A stretch of DNA of 20,000 nucleotides from Atractiella rhizophila (Eukaryota), in contig MU271381.1 in assembly GCA_021432655.1 (NCBI GenBank), forward strand, positions 57,758 to 77,757, in the 5' to 3' direction. The first letter of the stretch is position 1; each line of letters opens with the position of its first letter. Both the position numbers and the translations under genes were made by a program. Positions 1 to 8,939 of this stretch are shown piece by piece. The notes beneath the pieces were generated by a model. That model made no database searches. It had not been told where the DNA came from and saw only the letters and a program-made list of their open reading frames with translations.

Positions 1-37
1 TCCCTCTCACAATCATGCATTCCCATACCGTTCACAG

Positions 38-644
38 TTACCTCTTCCACCTTGACACGCATCTTTCAGTCTTGTATCCTCCCCATGATTCAAGCGTACG
101 ACCCTGATGCCTTAGGTATACAATGCGGAGTAGACGGACTAACAGGCGATCCAATGAACAACGGTCCGTCCTTCCTTTCTCCGTCACACTTGGCTTGGGA
201 TGTCTGATCACTTAAAATCCATAACCAGGTTGCGGCGATCTCTCACTTTCGGCTCTCGGAGAATGCCTCCATCACTCCCTTTCCTGGGCCAGAGAAAACT
301 CCAAGAAAGCGCTCCTCCTCGGAGGCGGAGGATACAACAACCCGAACGCAGCACGTGCATGGACCTACTTCACTTCTCTCGCCTTGAGGGAGCCTCTGAA
401 CCTCGACAGATCGATTCCGGACGAAGAAGAGTTTTACACTGATTATGCGCCGAGTTTCACGCTCGGGACTGAGAGGTCGAGTGAGAGGGGTTGGAGTGAG
501 GAGGAGGAAGGGGTGCTGAGGGGGATTGAAGAGGCGTTTGAGGGGTGGATCGGGGAGGTGAAGGATGTAATGGGAGGCAAGACCGCTAAATTGAAGGAGG
601 GAAAGGATGGATCTCAGACTGTTAGCGCTGCAACGTTGTCATAA
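38..644 (+). CDS. Class I histone deacetylase (Hos1/HDAC8-like), 3' part; gene starts before the window
   Basis: Exons 38-163 and 229-644, intron 164-228 (GTCCGT..CTGAT..CAG). Translation includes YDPDALGIQCGVDGLTGDPM and LLLGGGGYNNPNAARAWTYFT, the conserved class I HDAC QCGxDxLxGD and GGGGY motifs. Stop TAA 642-644. Confidence 0.93.
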
Positions 645-2482
645 TTGCGAATCCCACGAAGTCAATTTGTTTGCAAACAACATGTGACTGTGTCTCTTTT
701 CCTTTACAAGTTCAGGCTGGTAAACTCTGCTCCCTTCAAGTAGAAAATGTAAAGCTCATAGAGCAGGGTATGATCACAACCCGTGCCCAACAACACTATG
801 AACACCGATATCGAGCCGATTTTCTTGCCTCGCGACGTCTCACGAACTCGCCAACTGGCTTCCCACATAATCCTAATGTGGATGCTCTCGATCGTTCGGA
901 TTCGGAGCGCCGACGAGTCGTCCCAAACTCCCACTCCCAGCTGGAATGTCAGATCTAGCGATGATGTTCTACAATACCAGCAGGCTCGCTTGGAAGGGTG
1001 TCATTGTTACGGGTTAGCTTTATGCTCATTGAGAACCACGGTTACACCTACACAGTGGGATGGGATACTGCAATGCAAGAATTTTAACATTTAAGGTTCA
1101 TTGAATTTATGAACCATTTTTTGCCTTGAAGCGGAAGATGGTAAAAGCGCTCAGATTTCGCTCAAACCCTGTCATTTGGACGCTCGGGTACATTTGTCAT
1201 CATTTGGTGAATAGAAGATAGGGAACGTGGCGGAGACTGCGACTACGACCTCTATAGGAGGTTCTGGTTGGCAGCAAAATCCCAATCAATGCGGCAATGT
1301 ATAGATCCAGGATTTCATTTTCGTTGAATCTACCTGGTCAATCTGTGTCTATTTCATGCGAATTTATGGCCTATTTCACGAGGAGCTGGACGAACAGCTG
1401 AGAGCTGCAGTTCTAAATGCAGGAAAGATCACTCATTCAATGCCTAAAAACGATCGTTGTTCGCAATGCTAGATTCCGCACAGTTTCTCAGAAACGACCA
1501 GAGCTGTCTCAGGCTCAAACAGCGGCCCAAGGAGACAGCGTTCGCTTCGACCTCGACTGAAGAAGCTTGAAAATCCTTCATTCCTCTCCTCCCTCTTCAG
1601 GAAAGCTTCGCTATTCGAACACGTACCAATCATCTCGGCGTAGAACTCTCGTCATCACTCTACTCAGCCTCTCATGTCACTAGCACTTGCCCAGGCACTT
1701 GCATCATCATTCTGGCCAGTTCTGGCCTCTGCAGAAGAAATGCGATGATGAAGGCCGGACTGCGGCGGGAGCTATGAACGGACGTTGAGGGCGGGAAGGT
1801 TCCGGGAAGCAAGTAGGTAGGCATTCATCGGGTTCGCCGGATGTCCTCTCCCTTCGCCTGGCTCGTGCGTCCACTCCCGCTGCTGCTGTCCCTCGCGTGT
1901 CCTGTTGCCGCCGTGTCGTGTTTTAAGAGGCTGGCGTGGATATTCCCACCCAGAATGCGAGTGCGAGTCGCTCGGGTCATCTATCCACCAGACGAGCAAG
2001 GGTTGGTCAAGGAGAGTTGGTGAGTGTTTTTGGGATTGGATTGAGTGAGATCATGCTTGGTTTGGCACCGAAGATTGGGTTACGTGCGAGGTCACGGCGC
2101 GGTTTGATGAGCGAGCGAGCGCGTTTCAAAGTGAACAGTGCTCGGCTGTCCTTATTGCCTTGTAGAAATAAAGGGACTCCCAGCGAACCGCATTGACCAC
2201 CAACTCACATTCGTTGCCTTTTCCTCTTCCCTACATATTCCTGAATGCTCTTACCAACGCCTGACAGATAGCAATTTCGTGTCGATAGTATTCTCAAGAA
2301 CCCGTCCACCTTCGCTAATTCGATTTATAATCTTATCTCACCAATCGGACGACGACAAAACGATCGCTGCACCTTCCATCGAAGCCACATCTGCATCTGC
2401 TTCTTCCACCGCGACCGGTGCAACGCGACGGTCACCAGTCGAGTCCTTCAACGCTTCCTTTCAACCATAATTCCGTTCCCGC

Positions 2483-5400
2483 ATGTCATCAGCAGCCACC
2501 TCCTCCCTCGTCCTCCTCTCTCCCCATCCCCCACTGTCGCCCCTGTCGCCCGTGACGCTAGCCTCCCGCTCTTCATTATCTCGGGCAAACGAACAATATT
2601 ACCTCTCCTCCGACTCCGAATCAGACGACGACACCGAGTCCTTTCCCTCCCGTCACTCTCCTTCCGCCTTTCCATCCTACTCGAACGAGAGACCACACCA
2701 TTCCCCCGCTCCTCGAACACGGACCCCAAAGACCTCGCGATCGAAAGGCACACCTCCACCGCCTGCGTTACCCACGAACGCAGGGAAGAAGACCCACTTC
2801 GCAGACCTCCCAGCTCACGCTCTCACGTCCACACCCGTCGGCCAAGGCAGCGGGAGCGGTGGGACGACGAAGAGGAGGCTTCCACCCGTCGGATTTCCGG
2901 GCGAAAAAGGCTGGAGGTCGTCCGTGGCGCTTGTCGAGAGCTCGAGTCGGTCCGGACCTGGGATCGAGATTGTGGAAGGAGAGAGAGAGAGAGCGAGGGG
3001 AAGGAGAAGTACGGAAGAGTTTAGGGGCGGGAGAGGGAGGACGTTGAGCCTTTCGTCCCCTGCTGGTGTCGACGTTGGTGTCGCGTTGAAGGAGAAGGAG
3101 AACGGAAAGGATAGGAAGGAGAAAGAAGGGAAAGAGGAGAAGAAGAGGGATTGGTTGAGGTTTACTAGCATCAGAGCTGCAAAGCCTGGTGGTGATAAAG
3201 GTGCGTAGTTGCTTTATTAGGGTGGCACAGTTGGCTTTCAAGTTTTAGCCTGTATTTTGCGGTTGTGCTCAGTAGCTTGTCCATTTCTCATCTGATCTCA
3301 TCCGGAGAGATCGGAGGGCCAGAGATGACATTCTCGCCTACAAGCACGTTATCTGACAATGACCTAGGCGTATCAATTGCTCTGAGCGTATTTGACTCGC
3401 GTTTATTTTAGCACTTGGCTATCTTTGGCCGTGCACAGCTCATTATTGATGCAGTAGACTCTGCAGAGTCTCTCCGTGTGATTATTTATGAAAGATAGCT
3501 CGGGAACATTACAAATATTTTGGCACTTTGCTCCCGGCAATCACTCTTCAACGATACAATGGGAGCTATGGGAGAACGAGTGTCCAGACGGAAGAATCTT
3601 GTTAATATCAGCGGTTGCCACTCGTTCTGTTGAGTAACAGACGCTAGTGCTGTTGACTGGAGATAGCAAAGGCTCCGTAACCCTTGCTGCGATCACTCGG
3701 CGAGTTATGCAGTATTATTTTCAGCGTCTGTGAGCCCGTTGGCCAGAAACACCAAGACCATTAACCTCATTAAGATCCTAGCTGAGATTTGGAGACTTAC
3801 ATCGAAGTTACGGATCCAACTTCCCTTCTTGACGCTTTTAGTCGCAAACTATGGTCGCGCTTAGGGCAGGCATTCTTTTGTTTGAAAGTCTGACATTTCT
3901 GATACATGGTTACAATTTATTTGGAGTTGGGAGCGCAGCGCGTCTCTTGTGGGGATGAAGTACCCTGTCAAGATTTATTTTGGCGCTGGTTCATCTGTTG
4001 AAAGCGTCCTCGTCCTCGGATTAAGAGTCCGGCTACAATTATTCTTTCTCTCCTCGGTTAAGATATCGGCTGCAATCTCCACGAGCCTGTGGGGAGCGGA
4101 AAGCATTCCGCGCGCCGATTTGAGATCATGACCGTATCCAAGGTCAGCAGAGGGCACATCGTTCGTCAAATACACTTTCAGTCTGGTCAATGTTCTACCG
4201 CCGAGCTTATCTCAGCCTGCGAACATGCAAACCTCGGACGCCACCGCATATGTACCCGTAGGATTTGTTTGCCCTCCAGGCTCCCCGTTTCGTTTCGTCT
4301 TTCTTCAAAGTGTGAGATAAGAAGCTTTATACTACAGTCAGAGACTGTTTCGATGAGAAGTTTGTTGGTCAAATGTACTCTTTTACAGCAGCTCTTTCTT
4401 GTGCGTCGTGATACCGGCCCTTGAACGGAACATGCCCGTGCTTGTTCTACTACAATTTGAAGTCACAACTGAGTCGAGAGCTTACTTGTTTCGTTTTCTC
4501 AGATCGACAACTCCGAGACACAGTCAACCCCTACCGATCAGACGAGGACGAGCCCACCAAGAGCAAGAACACGAGCAAGAGTGCGAACACGTCTCCAGCC
4601 AGAGCTGGTAGAACATCAGCAGATCTGTGGAACCACCACACTTTCAGCTCTCCTCAACCAACAGACATGAATCCGAAACGAACGAGCCAGAGCGTTCGCC
4701 AATTTTCCGCCTCTCCTAATCGACCGTCCCTCCATTCCTCCTCCGCCATGAGCAGAACTGGCAGTACGACAAGCAACCCCCGTCCCAGTCTTTCTTACAC
4801 TACCGTCGCAACCGTCAATGGAGGACCCGCTGGTTTTCAAGACGAACGGAACCCGTTGGACCTCTATCTTAACCTCAGCAGCATCCAGAAGAAGCTTGCT
4901 GGCGAGGTGAATCGCGTTTTGGAAGCATATACGGAAGGTGAGATTGTCGAACGGTCAGCGTGCAGTCCTGACATCTCACTAGGCACCGAGATTCCGCCAG
5001 AAACGAAGCGACGAGCTATCGTTGCTTTGCTAGATGATCTTGATCCCGAGAGCCCGACTGCTGCATATCACTCGTGGAGAAGCCAAAGGAGTAAGTGTGA
5101 GCTTCCAAGATAGATTGTTCTGACAGGAATTGTAGCTCTGGACACAGTCTTCAGCGTTCTGAAGCTGCTGGCTCGGCGGCAGGTCGGCACAGAACCACTC
5201 TCTCGGGAGAAGGTAAGGTAGTGTGCCTCTGCCAGAAGTCTCCTGACGTACTGCAGTCATTACGGATTCTCGCTTTTCATGCCGGCATCCTCCAAATGTC
5301 GACGCCTCAGCCATCAACCGCAGGGAAGCGGACATTGCTTACCTCGTCACAACTACCCCCCAACGCCAAAGACGCTTTTCGCACACTGTGCAATACTCTC

Positions 5401-6884
5401 TACCTACATTCCTCTGCCCGTCTAGCCATGTCTCATTTCCCCGGAGTCGTCAAAGGGCTAGCGAAGTTCACTCGGGTTCGGGACGGACCTGAGAAGTTAG
5501 GAGATTACGAAGTCATGTTCTTGGTCCTACGGACGTTCCTTCTCATTTGCTCCGACAATACCAAGTTCATACGAACTGCCGTGGAAGAAGAACATGTCGT
5601 CGACTACCTCGTTTCCTGCCTTGAGGCTTTTGCACGCCAAACGCTCGAGGACCCCACGAACATCGAAGCAGAGTTTCGACATTGCACAGTCGAATCTATG
5701 AAGTTGATCTACACCTTCACATCGTTCTACGCGCGGATGGACCATGCCTCACCGACAGGCAAGGAGGACAAAGAACACTGGACCTTCGTGAATGGCGAGA
5801 GGGAGAAGCATAGCGCGGCATCGGCGTTGTCTCGTGCTTCCAGCCCGTTTGGACGGCGATGGGGTACGACTATGGCAGGAGGAGCGAACGATGCTATGAA
5901 ATTGTGGAAGAGCACAACGGCTGCCGTGGGATTGAAGAAGTCGAATAGTCTTAAAGATCGGAGTCGAGATCGACGGAAAGGTGCCGATAAGGACAATAAT
6001 GACTTGACTGACGAACACCTCTTCCTTTTCCAGAGGTATGTTTGGAATGATACAGCGTGTTAATTCGATGCTGACTTCACCACAGGCTCATCCCTCCACT
6101 CGTCAGCGTCATGATCGTTTCGTCGTCCTCAGACGTACCAACTCCCCCTTTTGATGCCTTCCTCAAACACGTCATCAATGGGCTCATGTACTTTCCCCTT
6201 GCCGCCCTCCCTTCCGATTGCATTAACGTATCCGAAGGCGACGAGTTTCCCCTCTTTTTATCACGTTTCCTCGAATCCTTTGATTCAGCTCTGGAAACCG
6301 TCATGTCTACAGAGGAAAATGGCCGCAGAAGAGGCGGAGAAGAGGGATTAATTGGATTCATGTATATCCTACGAAAAATGGCGAAGGAGCATGACATTCT
6401 ACGAGGCAGACTGAGGAACCATTTTCTGCCCGGTGATATGTGAGTCTACTTCCTTCGTGACCATTTCATGAGCTGATAGGGATAAAGTGACCGGACAACA
6501 CCACTGAGCCAACAAACTGACACATTTTATGGCCGCCTGCTTGCTTTGATGCGTTCTCCGTCTGCACAAGGAAGCGTCACTCAATCTATCTTCGAGTTCT
6601 TTCTCACACTATGCGATCGTAACCTCCATCTGTTATGCGAGCAGATCGGTCAAGTCAACGTCGAGAAGTTTGTTAAGGATCCCAAATCGCTGAAGACCGC
6701 AAACTGGAAGACAAAGGATGGGAGAGAGGTCGATGGCCGAACCGGTGCTTTCATCGTCACAAATGCAGACCCGGAAGGAACTGAGGATGACGACGAAATG
6801 TCTCCTGAGGACAGGGAAGCGATGGAGGAAGAGTTGGAATCGATGATGTCTAGGTTAGACCGGATGAACGTGAAGAAACCGTGA
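2483..6884 (+). CDS. RIC8: Ric8/synembryn-like Galpha guanine nucleotide exchange factor/chaperone, divergent, ~970 aa if the upstream exon is included
   Basis: Proposed exons 2483-3200, 4503-5090, 5136-5212, 5257-6035, 6086-6439, 6488-6884 (2913 nt, in frame). Ric8-like motifs: VLKLLARRQVGTEPL, LRNHFLPGDIDRTTPLSQQTDTFYGRLLALMRSP, IFEFFLTLCDRN, VDGRTG (cf. INPITG), EMSPEDREAMEEELESMMSRL (cf. EMTEEEKEREAERL). Inclusion of exon 1 is inferred from splice phase and is less certain than the body 4503-6884. Confidence 0.75.
3456..3471. repeat. Perfect 16-bp palindrome AGACTCTGCAGAGTCT in the long Ric8 intron
   Basis: Read directly from the sequence. Confidence 0.9.
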
Positions 6885-7634
6885 TTCGTACCGCATTCAT
6901 GTCAGCATTCATATCCGATTCAGGAGGACAGTGTTTCGCAACTTTCGGTCTTGCTAATTCAGAGCATATCACTACATTCGGTTTTCATTCAATGGCCTGG
7001 TCTGGTCACCTGATATTGCGCCTTCGTCTTCCATTTGTCGTTTACTTTGACGTCGCTTTAATGTTTAGTTCGTTTGTCGATATACAGTCTTGTATCAACT
7101 TTGTTCATGTTGTTTCTCATTCATGTTGATAGCCACAATACCCTTCAATCCACGCTGGATTCCCTGATAATATGTATTGCGCAAATTAACAAGTAACATT
7201 CGAGTCCGAGCCGGGGATAGCTGACTTTGAATCATTTCACTGAGCTTCATATATAGGATCGAAAAGGTGTACTAAGCTGAAAAGGCAAGAAGTAAGCTGA
7301 AGTAAGCGCCTTCAACCACTAAGCGAAAAGGACCAACACACTAGATATATAGTGCCCAAGCTCATCAAAGCAATTAGGAGAAATTAGCAAATGGCTCAGA
7401 TAAGGGAGGGCGAATCAGAGGGCATAATCAGCTGCTAGTCAATTATTCTCAGTATCATCTGCCAACAATGTTTGGGAAAACAAGAAGCAGCGAACATGAG
7501 AGTTAAAGCTCGCTTTGCGATCTGTTCAGCAAAGATGTTCAAGGAAGTCTCACTACAAAGAAATGTAATCCACAAGTGCCACAGTTACGTATATATGTCT
7601 TCAAAGCCAACGAGGTCACTCCTCGACTAAAAAA

Positions 7635-7660
7635 TTTAGCTTTTAGCTTTTAGCTTTTGA
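7635..7660. repeat. Short tandem (TTTTAGC)n, about 3.5 units
   Basis: tttagc ttttagc ttttagc ttttga, directly upstream of the putative snoRNA host promoter. Confidence 0.85.
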
Positions 7661-7684
7661 CTTTGCTAAAAATTGGATGCATGC

Positions 7685-7780
7685 AAGTCACGTGGACATG
7701 TAAATTTCAAGTTTCTCTGAGCCCCTTGTCTTACTTAGCCCCTCACCTTAAAGTATAAAACAGCTGCCAGAAAATTTTTT
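7685..7780 (+). promoter_or_regulatory. Putative Pol II promoter of the snoRNA host gene
   Basis: AGTCACGTG (E-box/HomolD-like) near 7686, TATAAAA at 7754-7760 and RRPE-like AAAATTTT at 7771-7778, about 100 nt upstream of the first donor (7864). Confidence 0.5.
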
Positions 7781-7898
7781 TGAAAGCATCAAGCACCGTT
7801 CAAGTTCCTATATCAATCCATCTTGTACCAAAGGCTTAGGCATTCAAGCAATGCGAGCTTCAGGTGAGTTGTCTGCAGATTTGGTGTGCTTTTCATCA

Positions 7899-8034
7899 GG
7901 AAGCAACATGATGATCATTACTTCTTCTCTCCCCGTCTTATCGACCTTGAAGAGACTTTCAGAGACCTGCACTGTAAAAGGTGCAAGGAGGACTTCGGTC
8001 CATAAGCCAATTTTTGTTGACTGATTCTGTTTCC
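7899..8034 (+). ncRNA. snR190: snR190-like box C/D snoRNA (intronic)
   Basis: C box ATGATGA 7908-7914. Guide TCTTCTCTCCCCGT 7923-7936 is complementary (1 mismatch, 1 G-U) to conserved 25S GCGGGGAAAGAAGA, the yeast G2395 region. D'-like CTTA 7937-7940, C'-like TTGAAGA 7947-7953, GGAC-TTCG-GTCC hairpin 7990-8001, D box CTGA 8021-8024, terminal stem GGAAGCA/TGTTTCC. Lies immediately upstream of U14, as in the conserved fungal snR190-U14 cluster. Confidence 0.8.
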
Positions 8035-8218
8035 GAGTTCAATTTCCCTGTTTTGAAGTGAACTATACTGACGGTGTCGGGAACGATAGGTTTAGGTACG
8101 TATGCCATGACACTAGCAGTTTGAGACTGGTTGAAATGTTGAGATTTTTTGTGGATGTGTGAAAATCCAAGAAGGTAAGCTGTTTTATCTAGTTGGAAAG
8201 GGTGAATTAGTGGTGTCA

Positions 8219-8450
8219 AATCGATGATGAAACTCCTTTGCTATCCTAACTATTCGCAGTTTCCACTTGAGACGTGTTCAACTTCTTTTCACTGCAACTG
8301 AGTTTCTAGTACCCGTCTTCTATTCCAAACGTCTACATCGAACCCATCTTCGACCTCTATTGGTCGGAGGTGAGTAGACGGGAAGGCTGGTGGAACGAAA
8401 TGAGGAGGTGGAAAGGAGGCGTCGAAGAAGGACTTAGGACGTCTGAGATG
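8219..8450 (+). ncRNA. U14: U14 (snR128) box C/D snoRNA (intronic, enlarged)
   Basis: C box ATGATGA 8224-8230. Domain A CTATTCGCAGTTTC 8250-8263 pairs 14 bp with 18S GAAACTGCGAATGG and is followed by CAC as in yeast. Y-domain motif CGAACCCATC 8339-8348. Domain-B-like TTAGGACGT plus D box CTGA 8443-8446 (yeast CCTAGGATGTCTGA). Confidence 0.88.
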
Positions 8451-8556
8451 TTATACTCTTCGCTCTAATTATGAATACTGTATGTAGGACCTGGGCTGAC
8501 TTTGTTCCCTGGTTTAGGTTAGTTATTTGTTTGACCTCGGAGGAATGGGACTGGAT

Positions 8557-8767
8557 TCAAGGAAGATCGAAAACAACTCGCAAAAATAGGAAGTGCCATC
8601 TTACTGCTTTGCTTCGCTTTTCAGCGGCAGCAAACTCTCCTTTGTTCTGTCCTCCCACCAAAGCGTCATGCATAAATCTCGTGGGATTTGACCTATGAGA
8701 GGCAGGCTGCTGAGGTGTGTGAGAGAGACAGAGGAGGGGGTGTGATTATAGAGGTTCTCTGACTTGA
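8557..8767 (+). ncRNA. Candidate third intronic structured RNA (atypical C/D), possible snR4-like 18S ac4C guide
   Basis: D box CTGA 8759-8762 lies 45 nt before the branch A. Terminal stem TCAAG 8557-8561/CTTGA 8763-8767 next to a degenerate C-like GGAAGATCGA. Internal CTGA 8710 and GTGATTA 8742. Imperfect stem ~8637-8658/8717-8736. Segment 8655-8672 is antisense to 18S TGCATGGCCGTTCTTAGTTGGTGG. Confidence 0.4.
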
Positions 8768-8939
8768 TATTGTTATTGCCTGGAATATGAAATTGAGTTG
8801 ACGCTGACATTTTGCCGTTGGAAATGCAGGTTTTTGTTGTGATAAATGTGTACACTCTGAGTTGCTCCCAAATACTGAAATTGTGCTAATCCATGACCCT
8901 GATGCCTATCCGAAAGTTGCTTTCACTTGAGAAGATTCA

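Larger units (their letters stand above)
7790..8900 (+). ncRNA. Spliced non-coding snoRNA host transcript with three long introns (ends approximate)
   Basis: Donors GTGAGT 7864, GTAAGC 8175, GTTAGT 8518. Branch/acceptor pairs CTGAC 8068..TAG 8089/8095, CTAAT 8465..TAG 8487 or CTGAC 8496..TAG 8517, CTGAC 8804..CAG 8829. No coherent ORF found; introns are 225-345 nt versus ~50 nt in neighbouring genes. Confidence 0.7.

Noticed and set aside
671..2470. Short ORFs in the HDAC-RIC8 spacer
   Set aside because: Mostly non-ATG starts, overlapping frames, no recognisable motifs or splice-consistent model.
2448..3241. Minus-strand ORFs of 103-157 aa
   Set aside because: Antisense shadows of the low-complexity + strand exon; the same applies to shadows over the FGH, GST and RDH54 exons.
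3671..3690. TAACCCT as a telomerase RNA template
   Set aside because: Too short for the ~1.5 repeat alignment region, and no other telomerase RNA features were recognised.
3880..4215. RNase MRP/P RNA (GAAAGTC at 3884, GAGCTTA at 4203)
   Set aside because: The two halves do not form a convincing P4 helix.
5091..5126. 36-nt ultra-short intron in RIC8
   Set aside because: That AG directly abuts the branch point; the in-frame TAG at 5135 gives a normal 45-nt intron.
7635..7660. TTTTAGC array as a telomeric repeat or CRISPR
   Set aside because: Only ~3.5 units, no spacers, not TTAGGG; eukaryotic promoter context.
8175..8259. Short intron GTAAGC..CTAAC..CGCAG
   Set aside because: The apparent branch point and acceptor are part of conserved U14 domain A; splicing here would cut U14. 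Use as a minor alternative site is not excluded.
7851..8930. Small multi-exon Cys-rich protein gene (fragments HCKRCKEDF, GFCCDKC; ORFs 7959-8219, 8471-8698, 8601-8855)
   Set aside because: No splice path I tried gives a consistent frame, and the sequence is better explained by snoRNA boxes and guides.
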